Positions 8,688 through 18,286 of a stretch of 64,000 nt of DNA are shown here, piece after piece. The notes beneath the pieces are model-generated. The model was given only the letters and a program-made list of their open reading frames with translations. It searched no databases and was not told the DNA's origin. Numbering within the stretch: the first letter of the stretch is position 1; every line of letters starts with the position of its first letter. Both the position numbers and the translations under genes were made by a program. Location of the stretch: NCBI GenBank assembly GCA_030066875.1, contig JASJAS010000005.1, positions 6,080-70,079 on the forward strand. The letters run 5' to 3'. This DNA is from Acidimicrobiia bacterium (lineage in GTDB: Bacteria > Actinomycetota > Acidimicrobiia > Spongiisociales > UBA5794).

Positions 8688-8886
8688 AAGATAGAGGATT
8701 TGAGATCGTATTGCTACTGAGGGCGTCCTCAGAGACAACAGGAGAAGGGCCCACGGTGGAAGTCGGAGTGAAGCACTGCTTGTTCCCCACGAGTAGTCGG
8801 GTCGGAATCAACCGTATGAATGATCACTCCATGCCCCTCTGCACGCCTGCCGCCACCGCCACCAACCAGAAGGGCGAAGGCTGATC

Positions 8887-10137
8887 ATGCCCACTGTGGG
8901 CCTTCTGGGCGCTCTTGACACGAAAGGTGCAGAATACGCGTTTCTGCGCGATCGGATCGAAGGATCCGGGTGCGGCGTGATCATGATCAATGCCGGCGTC
9001 ATGGCTGATCCGGATTACCCCGTGGACTATTCACGAGAGGATGTCGCTGCGGCGGCGGGGGTCGACATAACTGCACTATTGGCTGCAGGAGACCGCGGTG
9101 CGGCCGTGACCCGCCAAGCCGAAGGAGCCACCGCGCTCGTCGTCCGCCTTTTCGAGGAGGGTCGCATCGACGGGCTGCTGGGCATGGGGGGGTCGGGTGG
9201 TACCACGCTGGTGAGTCAGGCGATGCGTGGGCTCCCGGTGGGGTTTCCCAAGCTGCTCGTTTCGACAATGGCATCGGGAGATACGTCTCCATATGTGGAT
9301 ACTTCCGACATCACGATGATGTATTCCGTCGTCGACATCGCGGGAATCAACGCCGTTTCCGCGCAGATCCTGACCAACGCGGCCGCCGCCATCACCGGCA
9401 TGGCTGTTGGCTACGAATCGGGCCGACCGGTTTCTCGAGGGCGACCCGCCGTGGGAGCCACCATGTACGGGACCACAACTCCGTGTGTGAGCACCGCAAA
9501 GCGGTGGCTCGAGGACGCCGGCTTCGAGGTGTTGGTCTTCCACGCCAACGGTCCCGGAGGTCGGGCGATGGAGGCGTTGATGCGAGACGGCCACATCGCG
9601 GCGGCTCTCGACATAACCACGACCGAACTAACAGACGAGCTAGCCGGGGGTACAACCACGGCCGGCCCCGACCGCCTCGAATTGGCCGGGTCGCTCGGGC
9701 TTCCGCAGGTGGTTTCGGTCGGCAGTGTGGAGCAGATCACGTTCTCCCCGCCGAGCGCAATCCCCGCAGAGTATGCAGACCGGCTGTCGTACGAACACAA
9801 CCAATCGGTCACCCTGATTCGGAGTGACGCCAAGGAGATGGCACGACTGGGCCGTGTGATGAGCGACAAGCTCAACGCGGCCAAGGGGCCGGTGTCTGTC
9901 TTCCTGCCACTACGAGGCACCTCAGAGTATGCGGTCGCCGGCGCTGTATTCCATGACCCTGAGGCGGACGAAGCTCTCTTCGAGTCTCTCCGGGTCAACC
10001 TCGATCCCGAGGTCGAGTTGATCGAGATGGACACCCACATCAACGATCCCGTCTTCGCGGTAGCGATGGCCGAGAAACTCGCCGAGCTGTTCGGTGATCT
10101 GGAAGGGACTGTCAACCCGAAGGGGTCGACACCATGA
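8887..10137 (+). CDS. UPF0261 family protein (Tm-1-like N-terminal nucleotide-binding module)
   Basis: The N-terminus MPTVGLLGALDTKGAEYAFLRDRI and the overall glycine-rich pattern fit UPF0261. Its stop overlaps the next gene as ATGA. Confidence 0.7.
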   Translation: MPTVGLLGALDTKGAEYAFLRDRIEGSGCGVIMINAGVMADPDYPVDYSREDVAAAAGVDITALLAAGDRGAAVTRQAEGATALVVRLFEEGRIDGLLGMGGSGGTTLVSQAMRGLPVGFPKLLVSTMASGDTSPYVDTSDITMMYSVVDIAGINAVSAQILTNAAAAITGMAVGYESGRPVSRGRPAVGATMYGTTTPCVSTAKRWLEDAGFEVLVFHANGPGGRAMEALMRDGHIAAALDITTTELTDELAGGTTTAGPDRLELAGSLGLPQVVSVGSVEQITFSPPSAIPAEYADRLSYEHNQSVTLIRSDAKEMARLGRVMSDKLNAAKGPVSVFLPLRGTSEYAVAGAVFHDPEADEALFESLRVNLDPEVELIEMDTHINDPVFAVAMAEKLAELFGDLEGTVNPKGSTP

Positions 10138-10994
10138 ACGGACGAGAGGCGCTCGCCAGGCTGCGCAAAACGGTCGCCGACGGCGGAGTGATCATCGGCT
10201 CGGGAGCGGGGACCGGCATCTCGGCCAAGCTAGCCGAGGCCGGCGGTGCCGACCTGATCATCGTCTACAACTCCGGTCGGTACCGGATGGCCGGTCGCGG
10301 CTCGCTTTCCGGCATGATGCCCTACGGCGACGCTAACGCCATCGTGCTCGACATGGCCGGCGAGGTTCTGCCCATCGTCGGCAACACACCGGTCCTGGCG
10401 GGCGTCTGCGGAACGGACCCGTTTCGAATCATGGGGAGCTTTCTCGACACCGTCGCCGCCGCCGGCTTTGTAGGTGTGCAGAACTTCCCGACGGTGGGGC
10501 TAATCGATGGGACCTTCCGACAGAACCTCGAAGAGACCGGAATCAGCTATGACCTCGAGGTGGCGATGATCAAGTCGGCGAGGGAGAAGGGCTTGCTCAC
10601 CGCACCTTACGTATTCGATGCTCGTCAGGCCGAAGCGATGACTGGTGCCGGAGCCGATCTGGTTGTCGTCCATGTTGGGCTGACGGTGTCCGGATCAATC
10701 GGCGCCCAGACGGCTCGCTCGATGGATGAGTCCATCGACATGATCCAGGAACTCGGGGATGCCGCACGCGCGGTCAGAGATGACGTTCTAGTCCTGTTTC
10801 ACGGCGGTCCGATTGCCGCCCCCGAGGACGTTGAACACGTACTCACCCGCACCACCGGAACCCATGGCTTCTTTGGCGCCTCGAGTGTTGAGCGTTTGCC
10901 GGTCGAGGCTGCGGTGACAGAAACGATGAAACAGTTCAAGAAAACAGCCAGGGGACGGCACACCTCTGGTGCCGGAAAGGAAGCACTCATATGA
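10134..10994 (+). CDS. Phosphoenolpyruvate hydrolase-like TIM-barrel protein (usual partner of UPF0261)
   Basis: GGADLIIVYNSGRYRMAGRGSL..GVQNFPTVGLIDG pattern. Translationally coupled to the UPF0261 gene. Confidence 0.7.
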   Translation: MNGREALARLRKTVADGGVIIGSGAGTGISAKLAEAGGADLIIVYNSGRYRMAGRGSLSGMMPYGDANAIVLDMAGEVLPIVGNTPVLAGVCGTDPFRIMGSFLDTVAAAGFVGVQNFPTVGLIDGTFRQNLEETGISYDLEVAMIKSAREKGLLTAPYVFDARQAEAMTGAGADLVVVHVGLTVSGSIGAQTARSMDESIDMIQELGDAARAVRDDVLVLFHGGPIAAPEDVEHVLTRTTGTHGFFGASSVERLPVEAAVTETMKQFKKTARGRHTSGAGKEALI

Positions 10995-11067
10995 CTGACG
11001 ACCAGCAAGTCCTCAGCGGCGAGGCGATCTCCTGTGAGTGCGGTGCCGAACGAGGAGGGAGAACGTC

Positions 11068-11772
11068 ATGACCCTTCCGACGGAACGCCGCTCCGATCCC
11101 GTCGCTCGCAATGTGCTGAGCGAGCAGGTCAAAGACCGCATCTTGCAGTGGATTCTCGAAGGAGAGCTGGCGCCCGGCTCACGCATCATCGAGACCAGGG
11201 TGGCCCGCGAACTCGGGGTCAGCCAAGCCCCGGTCCGCGAAGCGCTGCGTGACCTGACGACCCTGGGTGTTGTCGAGATGCAGCCCTATCGCGGCGCGAG
11301 CGTCCGACAGCCAAGCAAAACAGATCTAGTGGAGGCAATGGAGGTGCGCGCTGAACTGGAGGCGTTGGCCGCCCGCCAAGCCGCCACCAGGATGACGCAA
11401 GCGTGCCTTGACGAATTGCAGGACCTCATCGATGAGATGCACCGGCTGGCCGAGGCGGGAGACGCGCATGGTCACGCTCTCAACAACACCGCCTTCCACG
11501 GCACGGTTGTCCGGGCGTCCGGCAACAAGACGTTGTTGCGCATGTGGTCGATGCTGGAGCCCTATGCCAGGACCTATGTAACGGCGATGCTGCCTGGTAC
11601 CGACCTCGTGTGGCTGGGGGATCGTCATAGCGCGATCGTTGAGGCCCTCACGGCCGGTGATCCAGAACAGGCAGCAGAGACGATGCGAGTGCATGCCCGT
11701 GAAGCCGAGGAGCTGGTGCTGGCCATGGATGAAGCGGCGTTTGGTGGAGCGGAGGTCAACGCTGACCTCTAG
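11068..11772 (+). CDS. GntR-family transcriptional regulator with FCD (FadR C-terminal-like) domain
   Basis: Winged-HTH segment RIIETRVARELGVSQAPVREALRDL followed by a helical C-terminal domain. GGAGGGAG RBS precedes the ATG at 11068. Confidence 0.85.
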   Translation: MTLPTERRSDPVARNVLSEQVKDRILQWILEGELAPGSRIIETRVARELGVSQAPVREALRDLTTLGVVEMQPYRGASVRQPSKTDLVEAMEVRAELEALAARQAATRMTQACLDELQDLIDEMHRLAEAGDAHGHALNNTAFHGTVVRASGNKTLLRMWSMLEPYARTYVTAMLPGTDLVWLGDRHSAIVEALTAGDPEQAAETMRVHAREAEELVLAMDEAAFGGAEVNADL

Positions 11773-11865
11773 GTGAAGCTGAGAGTCCGGCCCGAACGTG
11801 TCCGGGCATTGACAAGTGAGAACGAAAGGCAGAGCCGCTCGGGCGGCTACAAAAAGGAGAAACGA

Positions 11866-12693
11866 ATGTTGCAGCTGTCAGAGGAGATGTCAGGCGGGAG
11901 TGCTCGACTCCGAGTCGACGTATACGGACCGGAGCCACGCGAGCACGTCCTCGAGGACATGAACTTCCTCAACTACCGGCTCGCCAAGGTGAACATCGAG
12001 CCCGAGGTGACCCTGCCCGAACCCGACATCGTCTGGCACCAGGAAGGTGATAAGTCCATCTCGTACGACGGCAAGCGGATGACCTTCGTTGGTGACTGGG
12101 CGGCCGGACCGCTGCAGAAGGTCGTGGTCACCATGCTGGCTCTCAAGATGGAAGCCGAGGGGCTCCATCCGTTCCACTCGGCGGCGGTCAACTATCGGGG
12201 CAAGACCATGCTGTTCCTCGGTGGCGAATCGAACCACGGCAAAAGCATGGGTCAGATCGAGGCCTGTCGTCGCGGCGGCTTGCTCGTCGCTACCGAGACG
12301 ACTGTGATTGACGAGGATGGCGTCGCCATCATGGGATCGGAAGATGTCTTCCTAAAGAAGCGCGCCGAGGGCACCGAACGGGCGGATAAGGCTGCACCGA
12401 ACAAAGGTGTCGAGAAGTTCTTCGGGTCGATGCCCACCTGGGACGACTTCGAAGGACCGACCAATATCGACCTCGTGATCGTCCCGGCGATCGACGGCAA
12501 CTTCGATCCCAGCACCGTCGAGATGGGCAAGTTCGAGGCCAGCTTCCAGACTCTGCACAGCTTGCAGAACTACTTCCTGCTGAACGAACTGCTTGCGGAG
12601 GGCCACGTCATGCCTATGGTCGATACCGAGGAGCTCAGGGCCAAGCGCGCCGAATACGTCAAGCGATTCGTTGCCCCCGGCCCTTCTTCATGA
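11866..12693 (+). CDS. Hypothetical P-loop protein with HPr-kinase C-terminal-like core
   Basis: HPFHSAAVNYRGKTMLFLGGESNHGKSMGQIEACRRGGLLVATETTVID mirrors the HprK layout (H-x-S/G-x-V .. G-x-S-x-x-GKS .. LVADD). AAGGAGA RBS precedes the ATG at 11866. Confidence 0.5.
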   Translation: MLQLSEEMSGGSARLRVDVYGPEPREHVLEDMNFLNYRLAKVNIEPEVTLPEPDIVWHQEGDKSISYDGKRMTFVGDWAAGPLQKVVVTMLALKMEAEGLHPFHSAAVNYRGKTMLFLGGESNHGKSMGQIEACRRGGLLVATETTVIDEDGVAIMGSEDVFLKKRAEGTERADKAAPNKGVEKFFGSMPTWDDFEGPTNIDLVIVPAIDGNFDPSTVEMGKFEASFQTLHSLQNYFLLNELLAEGHVMPMVDTEELRAKRAEYVKRFVAPGPSS

Positions 12694-12755
12694 TTCGGGC
12701 TGCCACGCCCCAGGTGCTGCTCGATGAAGTAGACAAGGTCTTCTGAGAGGTAACC

Positions 12756-13625
12756 ATGAACCGTTTTCAGTACGCCCGACCGGAGACGGTGGGCGAGGCC
12801 GTGGCCCTGCTGGAAGAGCATGGCGACGATGCACGCCTGCTCGCCGGCGGTACCGACCTGGTGATCGAACTGCGCAACCGATGGGTTGAGCCCAAGGTCG
12901 TCATCGACTTGAAGCGGATTCCCGACCTGGCGCCGGCAATCGTAGAGCGTGATGGATTCCTGTCGATCAGTGCTTCCACTGTGATGACCGATATCGCCGA
13001 GGATGAGCGGGTGCAACGGTACTTTCCGGCATTGGTCGAGTCGGCTGTGGTGGTCGGTTCGGTGCAGATACGGGCCCGGGCCACCATGGCAGGCAACATA
13101 TGCAACGGTTCTCCTGCGGCGGACACGGCACCACCATTGCTGGTGTACGACGCAGTCGTTGTAGTCGCGGGGTCGGACGGCGAGCGGCGGGTCCCCATCG
13201 ATGACTTCATCGTGGGCCCCGGCAAGACGGCATTGCAGCGCGGCGAGCTGGTGACCGCGATTGAACTGCCCATTCCGGAGCGCCCCTACGGTGCGGCATA
13301 TACACGCCTGACCCGGCGTCGCGGCACGGACCTCGCATCGATCACCTTGTGCGCCGGTGTCGACGCAGACGGGCAGGCTCGAATCGCCTACGGCAGTGTC
13401 GGCCCGAGGGCTTTCCTCGTCGAGGACGAATCCGGCATCCTCGGTGACTCAACCATCCCCTCTGAGGACAAGATTGATTCGCTCGACCAGATCTTTTACC
13501 GGGCTAGTCCATCCCTGAAATCATTGCGCGCCAGCCCCGACTATCGGCTGGCGATGCTGCGCGTGCTCGGGGCGCGCGCTCTGGAAACTGCGATTGGCCG
13601 GCTGACCAAGGAACTGGTCTCATGA
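12756..13625 (+). CDS. Mo-hydroxylase FAD-binding medium subunit (CoxM/XdhB-like)
   Basis: LLAGGTDLVIEL FAD-binding motif. Its stop overlaps the next gene as ATGA. Confidence 0.85.
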   Translation: MNRFQYARPETVGEAVALLEEHGDDARLLAGGTDLVIELRNRWVEPKVVIDLKRIPDLAPAIVERDGFLSISASTVMTDIAEDERVQRYFPALVESAVVVGSVQIRARATMAGNICNGSPAADTAPPLLVYDAVVVVAGSDGERRVPIDDFIVGPGKTALQRGELVTAIELPIPERPYGAAYTRLTRRRGTDLASITLCAGVDADGQARIAYGSVGPRAFLVEDESGILGDSTIPSEDKIDSLDQIFYRASPSLKSLRASPDYRLAMLRVLGARALETAIGRLTKELVS

Positions 13626-14098
13626 ACCGAACCCTCACTATCGAAACAACCATCAACGGTCGGCGACGGTCGCTGGATGTCGCGGTCAACCACACGCTGC
13701 TCGACGTGTTGCGCGACGACATCGATCTGACCGGAACCAAGGAATGCTGCGTCGTCGGCGAGTGCGGTGCCTGCACTGTGATCATCGACGGTCGGCCGAT
13801 GAACTCATGTTTGATGCTCGCCGTTGAAATCGACGGGTCAGAGGTCACGACGGTAGAAGGCCTGGAACTGGAGGAGGGTCTCAGCCCCCTGCAGGGCGCG
13901 TTCCTCGACGAAGGTGCCACGCAGTGTGGGTTCTGTATTCCTGGTCAGCTGATGGCGGCAACCGCGTTGTTGCAGCAGAACCCAGATCCGACGGTGGAGG
14001 AGATCCAGGAAGGCCTCGCCGGCAACTTGTGTCGCTGTGCCGGATACGAACAGATCACTAAGGCTGTGCTGGCCGCGGCAAGGGGGGTGAAGCAATGA
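13622..14098 (+). CDS. Mo-hydroxylase [2Fe-2S] small subunit (CoxS-like)
   Basis: Cys clusters ECGACTV, QCGFCIPG and CRCAGY. Confidence 0.9.
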   Translation: MNRTLTIETTINGRRRSLDVAVNHTLLDVLRDDIDLTGTKECCVVGECGACTVIIDGRPMNSCLMLAVEIDGSEVTTVEGLELEEGLSPLQGAFLDEGATQCGFCIPGQLMAATALLQQNPDPTVEEIQEGLAGNLCRCAGYEQITKAVLAAARGVKQ

Positions 14099-16338
14099 AT
14101 GCTGTCGGCAGTTCACCGCGCCGGGGCGGTGGCTATGGGCGGGTCACAGGCCATCAGGAATACCTGGCAGACATCAAGCTCCCCGACGCCCTTCATGTGA
14201 AGCTGGTGACATTGGAGTGCGCTCGCGCCAGGATCAACGCGATCGATTCGACGGAGGCCGAGCAAGTGCCCGGCGTGCACTTCGTCATGACCGCCGCCGA
14301 CCTCCCCGACCCGATGCCTCGCTTTGGTCCGCAATTCCAAGATCGGCCCGTTATTGCCGTTGGGGAGACCAAGTACCACGGCGAACCGGTTGCAGCCGTG
14401 GCGGCTGAGACCAAGGATGCCGCCGAAGAGGCTGCCCTCCTGGTCAAAGTCGACTACACGAAGCTGGAGGACGGCATCTTCAGCGTCGCTGACGCGCTTG
14501 CTCCGGACGCAGTCCTGGTTCAAGACCCGGCGTTGCGCGGTGCCAGCTCGTTTGCCCAAACGAACATCATTGACGAGAAGCACTTCGGCTGGGGTGACAT
14601 AGACGACCAGGAGGCCCACCTGGTCGTCGAGGATTCGTTCCAGTTCCCGATGGTGACTCACTTCGCCATCGAGCCTCACGGATTCATGGCTGCTCCCGAC
14701 GGCGACGGAATCGAGGTTTGGAGCACGATTCAACATCCGTACCTACTTCAGAAGATCATGGCCAAGATGCTCGACCTGCCGCTGTCCAAGGTCCGGGTCC
14801 ACGCACCGGATCCGGGCGGCGGATTCGGCGGCAAACAGATCCCCAAATTCGAGCCGCTAGTGGCGTTCATGGCGTTGCGCGCCGGCCGCCCGGTGCGGCT
14901 GGTGCTCAGCCTTGACGAGACCTTTCAGCAGGTGCGCCGCTCGTCGGCCGAGATCCGGGTCAGGGCCGGATTCACCGCCGAAGGGGTCTTCACCTTCATG
15001 GACATAGAAACCAACTTCTTGGTTGGTGCCTACGTTGACATTGCCGACCGGGTCGTTTCGAAGTCGAGCTACTCCGGGGCAGGGCCTTACCGCATCCCGG
15101 CCGTCAAGATCATCGGTAGAACGATCTTGTCCCACACCACACCATCGACCGCGTTCCGCGGGTTCGGGATCCCACAGATCGGCTGGGCGCGAGAGTCGCT
15201 CATCGACGAGGCGGCGCTGCAATTGGGTATCGACCGCCTACAGATTCGGCTACTCAACCTGGCTCGTTACAAAGAGCCGTTCATCCCGAGCGAGGAGGCC
15301 GATGGCGATTGGGAGCAGACCGTACGCACAGCGGCGAAACGAATCGGTTGGGGTGATCCGCTGCCGCCGAATCGGGGTCGCGGCATCGCAGTTGGCCTCA
15401 AATCAGGTCCGACTACTGGCCTGTCCTATTCAACCGTCCGCTTGCTCTACGACGGCAGCGCCATGGTGTACGCCGGAACCTCAGACATGGGCCAAGGTGC
15501 CCGTACCATCTTCGCCCAGATTACGGCCGAAGAACTCGGCGTCCCGCTGGATGACATCACCGTCGTCATGGGGGACACCTCTGTCGTTCCTTACGATCAG
15601 CAGACCTCGGCCAGCCGATCCTCGGTGCTGATGGGAACTGCTGTGCAGCGCGCCTGTTTCGAGATCCAGGGCAAGGTCCGGGCGATGGCGGCGAAGCTCT
15701 ACAACGTCGACGAAGGCGATATCAAGGTCGACCAGGGAAGACTCCTGCTGCCAGACCGGGAGTTCAGCGTCGTCGACGTCATGCAGGAGGCTCTCGCCCC
15801 GCTCGGAGGTGAGGTGATCGGCAATGGCGAAATGCGGAAGGACAAGGAACCGGATCATCCGTTGGGAGGCACGGCCGCATTCTTCGAGTTCAACTGCACC
15901 GCGTCTGAGGTCGAGGTCGACATGGAGACCGGGCATGTCACCTTGGTGAAACACGTCACGGTGGGCGACGTCGGCAAAGCGCTCAACCCATTGCAGGTGA
16001 CCATGCAAGACGACGGTGCTGCCATCATGGGCCTGGGACACACCCTGATGGAGCACTACATATTCGACAACGAAGGGCGGGTGCGGAACATCGGGGCGAT
16101 CGACTACCGCATCCTCACCAGCATGGATCTGCCGCTCGATCTACACAGCGAGAGCGTGGAGAACGCCGACGGTCCCGGTCCCTACGGGATCAAAGGCGTG
16201 TCGGAAGGAAGTCTGCTCGTCACTGCCCCAGCAGTAGGGGCCGCAGTGCGCGAAGCGACGGGCAAAATAATCCGAGACCTACCGCTCACCCCACAGCGGG
16301 TGTGGGAAGCACTTCAGGAGGACGAGAATGGATCCTGA
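14095..16338 (+). CDS. Mo-hydroxylase molybdopterin-binding large subunit (xanthine dehydrogenase/aldehyde oxidase family)
   Basis: 747 aa, with an ATGA overlap to the small subunit. Motifs GGGFGGK and GPYGIKGVSEGSLL. Confidence 0.9.
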   Translation: MNAVGSSPRRGGGYGRVTGHQEYLADIKLPDALHVKLVTLECARARINAIDSTEAEQVPGVHFVMTAADLPDPMPRFGPQFQDRPVIAVGETKYHGEPVAAVAAETKDAAEEAALLVKVDYTKLEDGIFSVADALAPDAVLVQDPALRGASSFAQTNIIDEKHFGWGDIDDQEAHLVVEDSFQFPMVTHFAIEPHGFMAAPDGDGIEVWSTIQHPYLLQKIMAKMLDLPLSKVRVHAPDPGGGFGGKQIPKFEPLVAFMALRAGRPVRLVLSLDETFQQVRRSSAEIRVRAGFTAEGVFTFMDIETNFLVGAYVDIADRVVSKSSYSGAGPYRIPAVKIIGRTILSHTTPSTAFRGFGIPQIGWARESLIDEAALQLGIDRLQIRLLNLARYKEPFIPSEEADGDWEQTVRTAAKRIGWGDPLPPNRGRGIAVGLKSGPTTGLSYSTVRLLYDGSAMVYAGTSDMGQGARTIFAQITAEELGVPLDDITVVMGDTSVVPYDQQTSASRSSVLMGTAVQRACFEIQGKVRAMAAKLYNVDEGDIKVDQGRLLLPDREFSVVDVMQEALAPLGGEVIGNGEMRKDKEPDHPLGGTAAFFEFNCTASEVEVDMETGHVTLVKHVTVGDVGKALNPLQVTMQDDGAAIMGLGHTLMEHYIFDNEGRVRNIGAIDYRILTSMDLPLDLHSESVENADGPGPYGIKGVSEGSLLVTAPAVGAAVREATGKIIRDLPLTPQRVWEALQEDENGS

Positions 16339-17218
16339 GAAGGAAGTCGGACCGGTCAGGGATATGCCTGCGGCGAAAGTCGTTGAGGCTGCCCAGTTTG
16401 TTAAAACGGGCAAGAGCTACTCGCTTTCGGTTCCCCGGTTTCCGGGGATGCCACTCTTCCCGGGGCATCCGCCGTTCCAGGTGGTCAACTACCGGACCCC
16501 GCCCGGGATCATTGCTGGCAACGTGGAACCGTGGGGCCCGCCCAACGAGGTCAACCTCGGCTACATGGCGGAGTACCTGATGGCCTGTTCGCATTCAGGT
16601 GCGCACATCGACGGGCTAGCGCACATGACCATTGGCGAGGACAACCATTGGTACGGCGGCGGGAACACAGCGGACCACCTCACCGACCACGGGCCAAACT
16701 TTGGCGATGCCGCGAAGCTCCCGGCGTTCTTTACCCGGGGGGTCTTGCTCGATCCTCCAACGTACCGTGGAGTTGACGCACTGCCTGCTCACGAGCCGGT
16801 GAGTGCCGACGAGCTGCAGGCGGTCGCAGCGGCGCAGGGTGTCGAAGTGAAGCCTTGGGATGTTGTGCTCATCAGGACCGGCTATCTCAAATACTGGCCA
16901 GATGCCGAGAGGATGAATGAGCATCTCACCGCCGGGCCCGACCTATCGGCGGCGGAATGGCTCCTAGAAAGCGGCGTTGTTGCCACCGGCACCGACACCG
17001 AGACCTACGAAGTAATGCCAACACCGGATCGCGGTGATCCGCCCAATCCGCAGCCGGTGCACACGAAGCTGCTCATCGAGAACGGTATCTATCTACTGGA
17101 GAGCATCTACCTCGAGGACATTGCCCGTGACAAGGTGTACGAGTTCCTGTTTGTGATGTTGCCGCTGAAGATCAAGGGGGCAACCGGCTCGATGGTGGAC
17201 CCGCTCGTGGTCATCTAG
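16328..17218 (+). CDS. Cyclase-family (kynurenine formamidase/isatin hydrolase-like) metal-dependent hydrolase
   Basis: HSGAHIDGLAHM matches the HxGxHxDxxxH cyclase-family motif. It overlaps the upstream gene by 11 nt. Confidence 0.75.
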   Translation: MDPEKEVGPVRDMPAAKVVEAAQFVKTGKSYSLSVPRFPGMPLFPGHPPFQVVNYRTPPGIIAGNVEPWGPPNEVNLGYMAEYLMACSHSGAHIDGLAHMTIGEDNHWYGGGNTADHLTDHGPNFGDAAKLPAFFTRGVLLDPPTYRGVDALPAHEPVSADELQAVAAAQGVEVKPWDVVLIRTGYLKYWPDAERMNEHLTAGPDLSAAEWLLESGVVATGTDTETYEVMPTPDRGDPPNPQPVHTKLLIENGIYLLESIYLEDIARDKVYEFLFVMLPLKIKGATGSMVDPLVVI

Positions 17219-17242
17219 CCGAGGAAGCAATAGGAGCACGGA

Positions 17243-18286
17243 ATGAAAGCTCTGGTTGTCACCGAGCCGAACGAATTCGCCATCGAAGAGCTGCCGATGC
17301 CGGTCGCTGGCGAAAACGAGGTCGTCGCACGCGTGCGTGCAGTCTCGATCTGCGGCACGGACGCGCACTTGATCGCCGGACACTATCCGAATTTCTGGCC
17401 GCCGAGTTTTCCCTTCACTCCGGGTCACGAATGGGCCGGCGAGTTGGTCGAGGTGAGTTCAGGCGCCGCCGATTTGGGCTGGAAGGTTGGCGATCGGGTG
17501 TGCGGTACCTCACATGATGCCTGCGGGTTCTGCCAGAAGTGTGTGGAGGGGCGCTACAACCTGTGCGAGAACTACGGCAACATGGCGGTCCATCGCCAGT
17601 ACGGCCATAACTATCAGGGCAGTTTCGCCGAGTTCGTGCTCCACGGTGTCAAGTCGATCTTTCGTCTTCCCGACGAGATGGACTTCGCGACCGGTGCGGT
17701 GATCGATCCAGCGTCGATAGCCCTGCACACGGCAAACCGCGGAGGAGTGCGGCCCGGGGATACGGCCGTTGTATTCGGACCAGGGCCGGTCGGTTTGTTG
17801 GTGGCCGATGCGTGTCGCATCCGCGGCGCCGCCCACGTTATTGTCGTCGGCCGCGGTCAGCGGCTCGAGCTGGCTGCGTCGATGGGCAACGAGGTGATCA
17901 ACTTCGAGAAGGTGAACCCGGTGGGAGAGATACTGGAGATCACCGACGGTCACGGTGCCGATGTCATCCTGGACTGCGCCGGCGTATCTGAGACGTTCCA
18001 GTGGTCAATTCCAGCGCTACGCAAAGGCGGTCGGATTGCCGCGGTCGGGATTCCCGTGCAACGGGTCGATCTCGACTTCCAGGAGCTCGTGCTCTACGAG
18101 AAGGAACTCGTCGGGGTGCGGGCGACCGCAGGGGAGATGCGTCACGTGTTACCGCTGGTCGCCGATGGCTCGATCCGGGCCAAGGAGCTGATCACGCATC
18201 GCTTCTCTCTCGATGAGTTTGCGGAGGCCCTGGCGACCTTCAACGAGCGTCGCGGCGGTGCCATGAAGGTGATTGTCGAACCGTGA
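17243..18286 (+). CDS. Zinc-dependent medium-chain alcohol/polyol dehydrogenase
   Basis: CGTDAHL, GHEWAG and the GPGPVGLL Rossmann motif. Confidence 0.85.
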   Translation: MKALVVTEPNEFAIEELPMPVAGENEVVARVRAVSICGTDAHLIAGHYPNFWPPSFPFTPGHEWAGELVEVSSGAADLGWKVGDRVCGTSHDACGFCQKCVEGRYNLCENYGNMAVHRQYGHNYQGSFAEFVLHGVKSIFRLPDEMDFATGAVIDPASIALHTANRGGVRPGDTAVVFGPGPVGLLVADACRIRGAAHVIVVGRGQRLELAASMGNEVINFEKVNPVGEILEITDGHGADVILDCAGVSETFQWSIPALRKGGRIAAVGIPVQRVDLDFQELVLYEKELVGVRATAGEMRHVLPLVADGSIRAKELITHRFSLDEFAEALATFNERRGGAMKVIVEP

